64,000 nucleotides of DNA from Bacteroidia bacterium (GCA_965279035.1 OZ257142.1:96001-160000), one strand, 5' to 3'; positions 29,777 through 40,553 are shown, counted from the stretch's first letter. A program made the numbers and translations. Notes: generated by a model not told the origin, from the letters alone.

Positions 29777-29866
29777 ATGCCAAGCGGTAAGAAAAGAAAA
29801 CGTCATAAAATGGCTACCCACAAACGCAAAAAGCGTTTAAGAAAAAATCGTCATAAGAAGAAATAA
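29777..29866 (+). CDS. 30S ribosomal protein bS22 (AURKAIP1/COX24-like small basic protein)
   Basis: MPSGKKRKRHKMATHKRKKRLRKNRHKKK*; below the ORF-track cutoff; typical position upstream of RNase E/G. Confidence 0.9.
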   Translation: MPSGKKRKRHKMATHKRKKRLRKNRHKKK

Positions 29867-30044
29867 TCGACTGATGGCTGATTCACTATTGTTTCTAGCA
29901 TTCTTATAAATGCTTGTTCGAAACAATTTGATGCGGCTGCCTGTTTACATTTCAACAATCCGGAATTCAATGAATTAAGGGCCATGCTACATGCTGCCCT
30001 TTTTTGTCATTTGTATATATTAAACCGGATTTATACATGTATTC

Positions 30045-31595
30045 GTGAACAAAGAACTGATCATCAATGCCACTGGCAATGAGATCGTCATTGCACAAAT
30101 GGAAGATCGTCGTCTGATTGAAATTAACCGCGAAAAAAGCAATAACAGCTTTGCCGTTGGGGACATTTATTTAGGACGAGTAAAAAAAGTTATGCCTGGG
30201 CTTAACGCTGCTTTTGTAGACGTTGGGTATGAGAAAGATGCATTTTTGCATTACCTCGATCTTGGGCCACAAGTTCAATCGCTTATTAAATTCATGCGAC
30301 AAGGACTTGCGAATAAACTTCCAGCATCTGCGCTAGCCGATTTCAAAATGGATCCGGATATCCGTAAGGATGGAAAGATTGCCGATGTGCTTCAGAACAA
30401 TAGCCCGATTCTGGTTCAAATTGCCAAGGAACCAATCTCTACCAAAGGTCCGCGTATTAGCTCGGAACTCTCTTTGGCAGGAAGATACCTTGTGCTTGTC
30501 CCTTTTAGTGATAAGATATCCGTATCACAAAAAATCAAAGAATCGGAAGAACGTAATCGTCTCAAACGGCTCATTATGAGCATCCGCCCGAAAGGGTTTG
30601 GTGTAATCATTCGCACCGTTGCTACCAATAAAAAAGTAGCCGAATTGGATCAGGACCTTAACGAACTGATCGAACGCTGGAATCTTCTTGTAGAAAACCT
30701 TCCTAGCGCTCAACCTAAAACCAAAGTACTTGGCGAAATAAAACGTACCTCCGCTTTACTTCGAGATATCCTCAATGATTCCTTTAATAGCATTGTTGTA
30801 GACGATCAAACCATCTTTTCGGAAGTGCGGAATTACATCGCTCACATTGCTCCCGATAAAGAGAAGATTGTCAAACTTCACAAAGGGAAAGAAGATGTTT
30901 TCGAAGCGTATGGTGTTGATCGCCAAATCAAAGCTGCATTTGGACAAAATGTAAGCATGAAAAGTGGCGCTTACTTAATCATCCAGCATACTGAAGCGAT
31001 GCACGTGATTGATGTAAACAGCGGCCACCGTTCACGTTCCGATAACGATCAGGAAACAAATGCCTTCGATTGTAATATGGAAGCGGCAAGTGAAATTGCA
31101 CGTCAGCTCCGTTTGCGCGACATGGGTGGAATTATCGTTATCGATTTTATTGATATGCATTCGCCCAATAACCGCAAAGTGTTGTTCGATAAACTGAAGG
31201 AAGACATGGCTCAGGATCGTGCAAAACACACAATTCTTCCTCCTAGTAAATTTGGGTTAATTCAAATTACTCGTCAACGCGTACGCCCAGAATTGGTTAT
31301 CGAAATTTTGGAGAAGTGTCCAACATGTAATGGTACAGGAGAAGTTCAGCCTTCTATTTTGATTACAGATGAAATCGAAAATAATCTTCGATATATCATC
31401 AAAGAACAAAACGAAAAGTCGGTTCGTTTGTGGGTAAATCCATTTATCGCTGCTTTCTTGAAGCAAGGATTTCCTTCTATCCAAATGAAATGGTGGATGA
31501 AATACAAAACATGGATTCCAGTAAAAGCAAATGCTTCCTATCATTTTTTAGAATATCATTTCCTGAATAAACAGGACGAAGAAATTAAATTGTAA
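30045..31595 (+). CDS. Ribonuclease E/G family
   Basis: GTG start; S1 domain GDIYLG...AAFVDVG, KEPISTKGPR, IDVNSG, RQLRLRDMGGIIVIDFIDM, CPTC. Confidence 0.95.
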   Translation: MNKELIINATGNEIVIAQMEDRRLIEINREKSNNSFAVGDIYLGRVKKVMPGLNAAFVDVGYEKDAFLHYLDLGPQVQSLIKFMRQGLANKLPASALADFKMDPDIRKDGKIADVLQNNSPILVQIAKEPISTKGPRISSELSLAGRYLVLVPFSDKISVSQKIKESEERNRLKRLIMSIRPKGFGVIIRTVATNKKVAELDQDLNELIERWNLLVENLPSAQPKTKVLGEIKRTSALLRDILNDSFNSIVVDDQTIFSEVRNYIAHIAPDKEKIVKLHKGKEDVFEAYGVDRQIKAAFGQNVSMKSGAYLIIQHTEAMHVIDVNSGHRSRSDNDQETNAFDCNMEAASEIARQLRLRDMGGIIVIDFIDMHSPNNRKVLFDKLKEDMAQDRAKHTILPPSKFGLIQITRQRVRPELVIEILEKCPTCNGTGEVQPSILITDEIENNLRYIIKEQNEKSVRLWVNPFIAAFLKQGFPSIQMKWWMKYKTWIPVKANASYHFLEYHFLNKQDEEIKL

Positions 31596-31632
31596 TACAA
31601 ATTCAATTGAGCAGCATTCATACTTTTGTCGT

Positions 31633-32100
31633 ATGGATGCTGCTTTCTTTTTAGATTTATTCGATTACAACGACTGGGCAAATAACCGTGTACTGAACAT
31701 TATTGCTCAAGCGGAAAATGATTCAATTCCAGTTCCTGAAAACGTTTACGAACTCATGAGCCACATTTTAGGTGCTCAGGAAATTTGGATGTATCGATTA
31801 CAAAATCGACTTGGAGGAAAAGAGCTTTTTGCTTTAAAGCCGCTCTCCGAATTGATTGAGATTAACAATCGATCTACGCTTGAATGGAAAAGTCTTATTC
31901 AAGAACATTCGAATGATTTTAGTGATTTCGCTTTACAATATAAAAACATTGAAGGTCAGGCTTTTTCAAACAAACTTCATGAGGTAATTATGCACGTTGT
32001 AAATCATGGTACTTATCACCGTGGACAAATTTCTCGTGCATTAAAGGCTGCTGGAATTCAGCCTGTATCAACCGATTTCATTGTTTATTCTCGTAAATGA
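31633..32100 (+). CDS. DinB family protein
   Basis: YNDWAN, SHILGAQEIW, HVVNHGTYHRGQI. Confidence 0.9.
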   Translation: MDAAFFLDLFDYNDWANNRVLNIIAQAENDSIPVPENVYELMSHILGAQEIWMYRLQNRLGGKELFALKPLSELIEINNRSTLEWKSLIQEHSNDFSDFALQYKNIEGQAFSNKLHEVIMHVVNHGTYHRGQISRALKAAGIQPVSTDFIVYSRK

Positions 32101-32245
32101 ATTTCACTCAGGTGTAAAATAGACAATGAGCCTTGTATTTCCTTTGAATTCAGGCATTCATATCTACGTTTTTTCTACCTTCGCCCTCCTTATTCTTGGA
32201 TGTTCTGTCGGAAAATAGACGCTCATCAGAATGAATTGAAACATC

Positions 32246-34663
32246 ATGTGGGCGGCACTTTCACGCATTATTCTTCGATACCGTTTACCTATTCTCATAG
32301 TGATAGGCATTGTCACCGTGTTCATGGGTTGGATGGCAACAAAAGCGGAGATGACCTATGCGCTTGCTCAGATTCTTCCACAAGATGATCCAGAATACCA
32401 AGCATATACTTCGTTCAAAGAGCGTTTTGGTGAAGACGCCAATATTTTAGTAATCGGAATTGAGTCGGAGAATCTTTTTCAAAAAGACATTTTCAATGCT
32501 TGGAAAGAGGCTGGGGATTCTATTAAATCACTCCCTGAAGTAAGAGGAATTCTCTCCCTTTCGGGAATTTACAATCTTCAACGTGATGATTCCCTTCAGA
32601 AATTCATAATCGATCCCGTTGTTAAACGATCACCACAAACTCAAAACGAACTTGATAGTTTGAAGAAAATCATACTATCGTTACCCTTTTACCAAGATCT
32701 TCTTTTAACTAAAACTGACGAAGGAAAATTTGCTACAGTGATGCTGGTTACTATGGACCAGAAAAGCATTGATACCAAAGGCAGGAAAGAACTAATTGAG
32801 CACCTTACTTCCTACACGGATCATTTTTCCAAAAATCAAAAACTAGAAGTTCATTATTCTGGTCTACCCTATATCCGTACAATGAATTCCGAAAAGCTCA
32901 AAAAAGAGCTTGGAATGTTTTTATGGATGTCGCTTCTAGTAACAGCCTTGGTTTTACTCTTATTCTTTCGATCACTAAAAGCCATTATTTTCCCTTTGCT
33001 TGTTGTTGCCATCAGCGTAGTTTGGTGTGTAGGAACAATGGTTTTGCTGGGATATAAGATCACCATACTCACGGCCTTAATTCCTCCTTTGATTGTCATT
33101 ATTGGAATACCGAATTGTATTTTCCTCACCAATAATTTCCACCGAGAATACAAAGGGCACGGGAATAAAATTCGAGCTATTTCAAGGGTAGTTCAACGCA
33201 TTGGAAATGCCACTTTCCTAACCAATTTCAACACGGCATTGGGCTTTATCACATTTGCTTTTGTACAAAGTCAAATGCTGAGAGAATTCGGGATTTTGTC
33301 TTCTATTAATGTTATGCAAGTGTTTATCCTAAGCGTAACCATTTTACCTATTGCGTATACCTACATTCCTTCACCAAAACCTAAACAAACTAAGCATCTC
33401 GATAATCGTTGGATGGATGGAATTATTGAATGGTTAGTGAAGATGGTGACCAATAAACGCAAATGGATTTATGCGATAACGGTGGTTCTCGTTTCGGTTT
33501 CGGTTTGGGGTATGACAAAGATTCATACAACAGGTAATTTTACCGACGATATTCCAAAGAAAGACAAGCTCATAACCGATTTGAAGTTTTTCGAAAAGAA
33601 CTTTCATGGGGTGATGCCTTTTGAAATTACAATCGACACCAAAAAGAAAAATGGGGTGATGAAGCTTTCAACTTTCAGGAAAATTGATGAGCTTCAGCAT
33701 GAGCTGCGAAAATTTCCAGAATTCTCTAAGCCACTCTCCATTGCTGAAGTAATCAAGTTTGCAAAACAGGGTTTTTACGGTGGTGATTCTAGTTTTTACT
33801 CACTTCCAACCAACGAAGAAATTACATTTCTGCTGCCTTATGCACAGAATATGGATTTGAAAAAAGGCGGAGTTACTCGTTCATTCATCGATAGCACACG
33901 GCAATTCACACGCGTTTCGGTCCAAATGGCTGACATTGGTACGAAAGAAATGGAACGCATTCGGAGTGAAGTGAGACCAAAAATTGACTCGATTTTCAAT
34001 CCTGAAAAGTTTGATGTGAAGCTAACAGGAACGAGTATCGTCTTTTTGAAAGGCACCGATTACTTGGTAAACAACCTCTTAATGAGTTTGCTGGCGGCAA
34101 TCATTCTCATTTCTGGCTTGATGTACTTTATGTTCTATTCATTTAAGATGCTGATGATTTCGGCCATCCCGAATGTTATTCCCTTGCTTTTCACTGCGGG
34201 ACTCATGGGCTTCTATGGCATCGCTCTTAAATCTTCAACCATATTAGTTTTCAATATTGCATATGGAATTACGGTTGACTCGGCTATACACTTCTTCTCG
34301 CGCTACGGACAAGATTTAAAAACTCATAACAACGATATTCGACTCGCAGTTATTTCAACTATAAAAGACACCAGCATTAGTATTATCTATACTTCCGTCA
34401 TATTATTGTTGGGATTTTGCATCTTTATTTTCTCTTCGTTTGGTGGAACAATAGCGCTCGGATTCCTCATCTCAGTAACCATTTTTGTGGGTTTGTTTAC
34501 CAATCTACTCCTTCTTCCTACCTTGCTGCTTTCTATCGACCGGGCATTCATCATCAAAGCTTATAAAGAGCCTTTGATTGCTGTCTTTGACGAAGAAGAA
34601 GACATTGATTTAGAAAGCCTTACGATTCGAAAAGATCACAATCACCATCAAACAGAAAATTGA
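32246..34663 (+). CDS. MMPL/RND family transporter
   Basis: Duplicated TM plus periplasmic architecture, [18 protein letters not shown]. Confidence 0.88.
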   Translation: MWAALSRIILRYRLPILIVIGIVTVFMGWMATKAEMTYALAQILPQDDPEYQAYTSFKERFGEDANILVIGIESENLFQKDIFNAWKEAGDSIKSLPEVRGILSLSGIYNLQRDDSLQKFIIDPVVKRSPQTQNELDSLKKIILSLPFYQDLLLTKTDEGKFATVMLVTMDQKSIDTKGRKELIEHLTSYTDHFSKNQKLEVHYSGLPYIRTMNSEKLKKELGMFLWMSLLVTALVLLLFFRSLKAIIFPLLVVAISVVWCVGTMVLLGYKITILTALIPPLIVIIGIPNCIFLTNNFHREYKGHGNKIRAISRVVQRIGNATFLTNFNTALGFITFAFVQSQMLREFGILSSINVMQVFILSVTILPIAYTYIPSPKPKQTKHLDNRWMDGIIEWLVKMVTNKRKWIYAITVVLVSVSVWGMTKIHTTGNFTDDIPKKDKLITDLKFFEKNFHGVMPFEITIDTKKKNGVMKLSTFRKIDELQHELRKFPEFSKPLSIAEVIKFAKQGFYGGDSSFYSLPTNEEITFLLPYAQNMDLKKGGVTRSFIDSTRQFTRVSVQMADIGTKEMERIRSEVRPKIDSIFNPEKFDVKLTGTSIVFLKGTDYLVNNLLMSLLAAIILISGLMYFMFYSFKMLMISAIPNVIPLLFTAGLMGFYGIALKSSTILVFNIAYGITVDSAIHFFSRYGQDLKTHNNDIRLAVISTIKDTSISIIYTSVILLLGFCIFIFSSFGGTIALGFLISVTIFVGLFTNLLLLPTLLLSIDRAFIIKAYKEPLIAVFDEEEDIDLESLTIRKDHNHHQTEN

Positions 34664-35529
34664 TGAAAGGAATAATTCTCGCCGGTGGATCCGGAACTCG
34701 TTTACATCCCTTGACATTAGCTGTAAGCAAACAACTTATGCCGGTTTACGATAAACCGATGATTTACTATCCTTTATCTACTTTGATGTTGGCTGGAATA
34801 CGTGAAGTTTTGATTATTTCTACACCTCACGATTTACCTCATTTTCGCAAATTGCTGGGCGATGGAAAAAGCTTAGGAATGGATATTTGTTATGCTGAAC
34901 AAGCAATTCCCAATGGGCTTGCTCAAGCTTTTGTGATTGGTGAAGAATTTATTGGTCAAGATAAATGTGCCTTGATTTTAGGTGATAATATTTTTTACGG
35001 AGCAGGCATGACTAGCTTGTTGCAAAAAAACAATGATCCCGAAGGAGGAGTTGTTTTTGCGTATCACGTTTCTGATCCTGAACGCTATGGTGTTGTGGAA
35101 TTTGATGAGCAAATGAATGCTGTTTCGATTGAAGAAAAACCCAGTCAGCCAAAATCCGATTATGCTGTTCCGGGCTTGTATTTCTACGATAACTCGGTTG
35201 TTGAAATTGCCAAGAATTTGAAACCGAGTGCTCGAGGTGAATACGAAATTACAGATGTGAACAAGCAGTATTTAAAAGACGGCAAGCTTAAAGTAGGCAT
35301 GTTGGATAGAGGAACTGCTTGGCTTGATACAGGAACATTTGATTCGCTCATGCAAGCGGGACAGTTTGTACAGGTAATTCAGGAAAGACAAGGGTTGAAT
35401 ATTGGATGTATTGAAGAAGTTGCCTGGCGGATGAAATTCATTTCGAAAGAACAACTTCAAGAACTAGCCGAACCGCTTCGTAAAAGTGGCTACGGGAACT
35501 ATTTACTTAATTTGATAAAAGGAAAATGA
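34663..35529 (+). CDS. rfbA: Glucose-1-phosphate thymidylyltransferase
   Basis: [44 protein letters not shown]; TGATG overlap with the upstream gene. Confidence 0.96.
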   Translation: MKGIILAGGSGTRLHPLTLAVSKQLMPVYDKPMIYYPLSTLMLAGIREVLIISTPHDLPHFRKLLGDGKSLGMDICYAEQAIPNGLAQAFVIGEEFIGQDKCALILGDNIFYGAGMTSLLQKNNDPEGGVVFAYHVSDPERYGVVEFDEQMNAVSIEEKPSQPKSDYAVPGLYFYDNSVVEIAKNLKPSARGEYEITDVNKQYLKDGKLKVGMLDRGTAWLDTGTFDSLMQAGQFVQVIQERQGLNIGCIEEVAWRMKFISKEQLQELAEPLRKSGYGNYLLNLIKGK

Positions 35530-36464
35530 CACGAATTCTAATAACCGGAGGAGCTGGATTTATTGGTAGCTGCCTCGCCGAAAAACTGGCTTCAAATCCT
35601 GAGAATTTAGTGGTGGTGGTTGATAATCTTCGCACAGGCGAATTATCCAAAGTTCCCGTTTCTGTTCACAATAACATCCGTTTTATAAAATGCGATGCCA
35701 ATGATTACCGAGATATCTCGGCTGTGTTTTTTGCTTGGCGATTTGATTTCGTATTTCATTATGCAGCATTAGTGGGCGTTATAAGGACCTTGCAAAATCC
35801 TGTTGCCGTTTTAGATGATATTTCTGGAATTGAAAATATCCTGAAATTATCCAAGAATACCGGAGTAAAACGTGTTTACTTCTCCTCTTCTTCCGAAGTA
35901 TATGGAGAACCCGTTGAATTCCCTCAAAACGAACATACAACTCCTTTGAACTCACGTTTGCCATATGCCATTGTAAAAAATGTGGGTGAAGCTTATTTGC
36001 GTTCTTATGAAAAAGAGTTTGGTTTAGAATACACTATTTTCAGATTCTTTAATACGTTCGGTCCCAAGCAGAGTAAGGACTTTGTGATTTCAAAATTCAT
36101 TCGTGCTGCTTTAAAAAATGATCCAATTGCTATTTATGGCGATGGTTCTCAAACACGTACTTTCTGTTATATCGATGATAATATTGAAGCATGCACCAAT
36201 GCATTCTATCAAAACATGTATGTGAATGATGTGGTAAATGTTGGTGGGACAATTGAAATTCCAATTCTTGATGTTGCAAAAACGATTATTCGTTTGACAG
36301 GTTCTTCCTCTGAGATTCGTTTTGTTGCTCCTTTAGAAGAGGGCGACATGACACGCAGAAAGCCTGATACAGCCAAGATGAGCAAGTTAATTAATCGTCC
36401 ACTTGTAGGTTTTGAAGAAGGATTAATTCAAGTGGTAAACAATACTTCGTTTATTCTTCAATGA
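35526..36464 (+). CDS. NAD-dependent epimerase/dehydratase (UDP-glucuronate decarboxylase-like SDR)
   Basis: [33 protein letters not shown]. Confidence 0.88.
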   Translation: MTRILITGGAGFIGSCLAEKLASNPENLVVVVDNLRTGELSKVPVSVHNNIRFIKCDANDYRDISAVFFAWRFDFVFHYAALVGVIRTLQNPVAVLDDISGIENILKLSKNTGVKRVYFSSSSEVYGEPVEFPQNEHTTPLNSRLPYAIVKNVGEAYLRSYEKEFGLEYTIFRFFNTFGPKQSKDFVISKFIRAALKNDPIAIYGDGSQTRTFCYIDDNIEACTNAFYQNMYVNDVVNVGGTIEIPILDVAKTIIRLTGSSSEIRFVAPLEEGDMTRRKPDTAKMSKLINRPLVGFEEGLIQVVNNTSFILQ

Positions 36465-37435
36465 CAGGCATTGAGCGTTATCAAGCTCGAATTGCAGCAG
36501 CTTTAGATTGCATCGAATTCCCAGCTCAACCAGTTGAGTTGTATGAGCCAATTCGCTATACATTGGCAATGGGAGGTAAACGGCTTCGACCTGTTTTAAC
36601 GCTCATAGGGTGTGAGCTTTTAGGAGGTTCGATTGATGATGCATTGAATCCAGCTTTGGGAGTAGAAGTGTTTCACAATTTCACTTTGCTTCATGATGAT
36701 ATCATGGATGAAGCACCCTTACGCCGAGGGAAAGCAAGCGTTCATACCAAATGGAACAACAATATCGCGATACTTTCGGGAGATGTGATGTTTGTTGAAT
36801 CGTGCAAACTCATTTCGAAAGCTCCTGTTAATAGCTTATCCAAAGTACTTGATGTTTTTTTCAAAACAGCAGGTGATGTGTGCGAGGGACAGCAATGGGA
36901 CATGAATTTTGAAGCAGAGGAAAATGTTAGCCTAAGCGATTATCTTAACATGATCCGTTTAAAGACGGCCGTTTTATTAGGTGCATCACTTCAAATAGGA
37001 GCGTATTGTGCCAATTCAAGTGAGAACGATGCTTCTCTTCTGTATGAGTTTGGTTGTCATTTGGGAATTGCATTTCAATTACAAGACGATGTGTTGGATG
37101 TATTTGGTGATCCCGAAATTTTCGGAAAGCAAGCTGGTGGCGACATCCTTTCAAATAAAAAAACCTACTTAAAACTTCGTGCGCTTGAAAAATCATCTTC
37201 TCAGCAATTGGATGAATTAAAGCATTGGTATAGCGCGCGCGATTTCAATTCTACGGAAAAAGTTATTGCTGTAACTCGCCTATTTAGAGAACTTCAAGTT
37301 AGAGAAGATGCTGAGGTAGAAATGAACAAGCATTTCGAAACTGCTCTTCAATCTTTAAAGGCTGTAAAAGGAATTCCTGAAATTGCTTCCCAACTCGAGC
37401 GTTTTGCTCAGGAATTGATTGTTCGGATCAAATAA
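36461..37435 (+). CDS. Polyprenyl synthetase family protein
   Basis: GGKRLRP, LLHDDIMD..RRG, GQQWD, KTA, FQLQDD. Confidence 0.93.
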   Translation: MTGIERYQARIAAALDCIEFPAQPVELYEPIRYTLAMGGKRLRPVLTLIGCELLGGSIDDALNPALGVEVFHNFTLLHDDIMDEAPLRRGKASVHTKWNNNIAILSGDVMFVESCKLISKAPVNSLSKVLDVFFKTAGDVCEGQQWDMNFEAEENVSLSDYLNMIRLKTAVLLGASLQIGAYCANSSENDASLLYEFGCHLGIAFQLQDDVLDVFGDPEIFGKQAGGDILSNKKTYLKLRALEKSSSQQLDELKHWYSARDFNSTEKVIAVTRLFRELQVREDAEVEMNKHFETALQSLKAVKGIPEIASQLERFAQELIVRIK

Positions 37436-37436
37436 A

Positions 37437-38465
37437 TTAAGCCCAGACTTTCGTTCCTTCGCTGCAATTGCGGCAAATTTCAATGCTCGAACGATCTTTC
37501 AAAATCGCTAATCGGAAGTTTTGATACTCTTCACTTTTCCAAATGGCTTTGACAGAATTCTCCTTCAAACTTCCTAAACGGTGATGGGCATCTTTGTCGA
37601 AACAACATGGAACAATAGATCCATCCCAAGTAACAACGCAACCTTGCCACATACGCCAGCAATGGTTTTCGAGTTTATTTTTTAAAGTCCATTTGCCGTC
37701 CATTCCCTTTTTATACCGTGAATACTTTTCGTCCTCCGGAATTAAGGGATTGCCGTTTTCAAATTCATACACTTGAGCTGTTTTAAAACGAACTTCATCC
37801 ACACCTAATTCTATAGCTAGTTTAAGGGCATCATTTGTTTGATGTTCATTGGGCTTGACTACTAGAAACTGGAAAATAATGTGAGGTGTTTTGCTTCTTG
37901 CGGCCTTCTTTGCTGCAATTACCCGTTTTGTTCCATCAATTACCTTTTCTATAGATCCTCCAATTCGATATTGAGAGTATGTTTCTTGAGTTGTTCCATC
38001 CAAAGAAATAATCAAACGGTGTAATCCTGAAGCAACAGTTTTTTGGGCGAGTTCGTCATTAAAATAGTGTGCATTGGTCGAAGTGGCTGTGTAAATTCCT
38101 TTTTGAACTGCAACTTCTATCATAGATATAAGTTCTTTATTTAAAAAAGGTTCTCCTTGAAAATAAAAGTTGATTGACCAAAGCGTCTTTCCAAATTTAT
38201 GTAAGAATTTCTCAAAATCTGAATTTTGAAGCATTCCAGTGGGACGAGAGAAGGCTCTTAAACCACTTGGACATTCAGGGCAACGTAAATTACAAGAGGT
38301 AGTTGGTTCAATTGAAATGCTCATTGGCATTCCCCACTGAATCAATTTTCCACTTCGGCTGGAAATGAAGTATGATAAGCGAAGCAGGATAAGATTCCAC
38401 CATTTTGTTAAGCGAAAAGTTCTTATCCAAGAGTAAATATCTGAGTTGATTTTTATACTGGACAT
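37437..38465 (-). CDS. Radical SAM/SPASM domain protein
   Basis: CNLRCPEC, GEPF, TNA, C-terminal CWRMWQGC...DGSIVPCCFD...CRNC; start moved to ATG 38465 (TATATTTG box at 38471-38478). Confidence 0.9.
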   Translation of the reverse strand: MSSIKINSDIYSWIRTFRLTKWWNLILLRLSYFISSRSGKLIQWGMPMSISIEPTTSCNLRCPECPSGLRAFSRPTGMLQNSDFEKFLHKFGKTLWSINFYFQGEPFLNKELISMIEVAVQKGIYTATSTNAHYFNDELAQKTVASGLHRLIISLDGTTQETYSQYRIGGSIEKVIDGTKRVIAAKKAARSKTPHIIFQFLVVKPNEHQTNDALKLAIELGVDEVRFKTAQVYEFENGNPLIPEDEKYSRYKKGMDGKWTLKNKLENHCWRMWQGCVVTWDGSIVPCCFDKDAHHRLGSLKENSVKAIWKSEEYQNFRLAILKDRSSIEICRNCSEGTKVWA

Positions 38466-38541
38466 TGCATCAAATATAGGTCGCAATCCAATAAAGTCGC
38501 CCATTTCCTTACCACTCATAAATAGTGATTTACTATAAAAG

Positions 38542-38549
38542 TAAATTTG
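38542..38549 (+). promoter_or_regulatory. -7 promoter box for the first choice-of-anchor V gene
   Basis: TAAATTTG, back-to-back with the minus-strand box at 38471-38478. Confidence 0.55.
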
Positions 38550-38588
38550 TAGTGATAAATATTTCAACCAAATCAAAACCAAACCACA

Positions 38589-39434
38589 ATGAAAAAGTTA
38601 ATTTTCACAATCAGCATTCTTGGAGCTATGACGCTAGCTCTTATGCTCGACAGCACCTCAACGTATTCGAATCCAAGTGGCGCTCCTGAACGTTGTTCGG
38701 GTTCTCCTGGAGATGGAGAAACGTGTGCTAATTCAAATTGCCACAATGGAACCGCATCGGCTCGTGATGGTATGATTACATCAGACATTCCAACTTCGGG
38801 GTATATTCCAGGAACTCTATACACCATTACAGTGAGTATTACGCAATCAGGTGTAACTCGCTGGGGATTTGCGCTTTCTCCTCAAACTCAAGCAGGAAAT
38901 GTTATTGGAACTTTAGCCGTTTCGAACACCACTCAAACCCAATTAAAGAGCTCTGGAAACTACATCACTCACAAAACTGCCGGAAACAGTGGTTCTGGAA
39001 CCAAATCTTGGAGTATGCATTGGACGGCTCCAACAGCAGGAACTGGAGATGTACCGTTTTATGCATCGGTAATGGCAGCCAATGGAAATGGTAATGAAAA
39101 CGGAGATGCTACTTTCTTTGATGTGTATACCGTTTCAGAAGACATTACGACTTCCGTTAATTCAGCGAAAGCCGAAAAAGTAAAATTCAGTGTTTATCCC
39201 AATCCTATTGAAGGAAATGAAGCAAATGTGATTTTCTCTACCAACATGAAAGAGATATCTAAAATTCAGATTTTAAGTTTGAATGGTGAATTGGTAAAAG
39301 AAATCAATTATGTTGCATCATCTTCAGGAAAACAACAACTTACCATTCCTTTTGATGAACTCTCCAAAGGAGTTTATTTGCTTCAAGTTCAAACAGCCGA
39401 AGGTGTAAATTCGAGCAGAATAATACGGCGATAA
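38589..39434 (+). CDS. Choice-of-anchor V/Reeler-like protein with T9SS type A sorting domain (copy 1)
   Basis: Signal peptide, SGAP..GSPGDGETCANSNCH, GYIPG..YTITV, WTAP..GTGDVPFY, AANG..GD; CTD VYPNP...KGVYLLQV...RIIRR. Confidence 0.82.
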   Translation: MKKLIFTISILGAMTLALMLDSTSTYSNPSGAPERCSGSPGDGETCANSNCHNGTASARDGMITSDIPTSGYIPGTLYTITVSITQSGVTRWGFALSPQTQAGNVIGTLAVSNTTQTQLKSSGNYITHKTAGNSGSGTKSWSMHWTAPTAGTGDVPFYASVMAANGNGNENGDATFFDVYTVSEDITTSVNSAKAEKVKFSVYPNPIEGNEANVIFSTNMKEISKIQILSLNGELVKEINYVASSSGKQQLTIPFDELSKGVYLLQVQTAEGVNSSRIIRR

Positions 39435-39449
39435 TATTTAATGACTTAC

Positions 39450-39490
39450 AAACGCCCTTGTTGATGTGAAATTAACAAGGGCGTTTTTTT
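39450..39490 (+). terminator. Rho-independent terminator
   Basis: AAACGCCCTTGTT...AACAAGGGCGTTT followed by a T-run. Confidence 0.88.
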
Positions 39491-39620
39491 ATGTAAAATC
39501 GATAATTCGAAAGTTATCAATAGGTCTAAGGCTTAAACTTAATTTATAACAGCAATATATGTTGGAGGTTAGATTAAATTAAATTCGCCATCCTTTCAAT
39601 CTACCAATTCAACCAAAAAA

Positions 39621-40466
39621 ATGAAAAAAATCTACATTTCACTTTTCATCATAACTAGTGTAGCTATTGCATTAGTGTTTGACTCAACTTCCACGTATTC
39701 AAACCCAAGTGGTGCTCCTGCTGGCTGCAGTAGTTCTCCTTCTGATCAAGCAACTTGTGCAACCTCTGGATGTCATAGTGGAACTGCATCAGCTAAGGAT
39801 GGTATGGTCACTTCTGATGTTCCATCAACAGGTTATATACCAGGAAGTGTATATACAATCACTGTATCAATTACAAAATCGGGCACTTCAAAATGGGGAT
39901 TTGAATGTTCGCCTCAAGATGCTTCTGGAACTAGAATTGGCACATTAGCAATAACAAATTCTACAGAAACCAAACTGGTTGGTTCAAGTACTTATGTTAC
40001 TCATAAAACAGCAGGTAATTCTGGCTCAGGATCAAAATCTTGGAGCTTTCATTGGACTGCACCTTCTTCAGGAACTGGAGATGTTCCTTTTTATGCTTCA
40101 GTTATGGCAGCAAATAACAATGGGGGAACTTCTGGCGACTTGGTTTATTACGATACTTACTATGTTGCAGAAGATGTTTCAACAGCAGGAATTCATGAGA
40201 ATTCGAATGAAAATTTCTTTTCCATTTATCCGAATCCAATAGAAGGAAACGAAGCCAATGTTGAATTTTCGGCAGCTTTTGAAGAGTATTCTAAAATCCA
40301 GATACTCAGTTTAAGAGGAATTATAGTTAAAGAAATAAATCACCTTGCTAAATCGAACGGCAAGCAACAATTAACTATTCCTTTTGATGATATTTCGACA
40401 GGTGTATACTTCCTTCAGATTCAAACATCTACTGGAGTAAAATCAAGCAGAATAATTCGTCGCTAA
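39621..40466 (+). CDS. Choice-of-anchor V/Reeler-like protein with T9SS type A sorting domain (copy 2)
   Basis: Same length (281 aa) and essentially collinear with copy 1; CATSGCH; CTD IYPNP...TGVYFLQI...RIIRR. Confidence 0.82.
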   Translation: MKKIYISLFIITSVAIALVFDSTSTYSNPSGAPAGCSSSPSDQATCATSGCHSGTASAKDGMVTSDVPSTGYIPGSVYTITVSITKSGTSKWGFECSPQDASGTRIGTLAITNSTETKLVGSSTYVTHKTAGNSGSGSKSWSFHWTAPSSGTGDVPFYASVMAANNNGGTSGDLVYYDTYYVAEDVSTAGIHENSNENFFSIYPNPIEGNEANVEFSAAFEEYSKIQILSLRGIIVKEINHLAKSNGKQQLTIPFDDISTGVYFLQIQTSTGVKSSRIIRR

Positions 40467-40483
40467 ATAAATATTCTTAATTG

Positions 40484-40528
40484 CAGGCCGGACCTCCTTT
40501 GTCAATCTTGGCAAGGTCGTCCGGCTTG
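40484..40528 (+). terminator. Long imperfect hairpin after copy 2
   Basis: CAGGCCGGAC..CCTTTGTCAA-TC-TTGGCAAGG..GTCCGGCTTG; U-tract weak. Confidence 0.45.
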
Positions 40529-40553
40529 TGTACTTTAGCACTGCCGAATTTCC

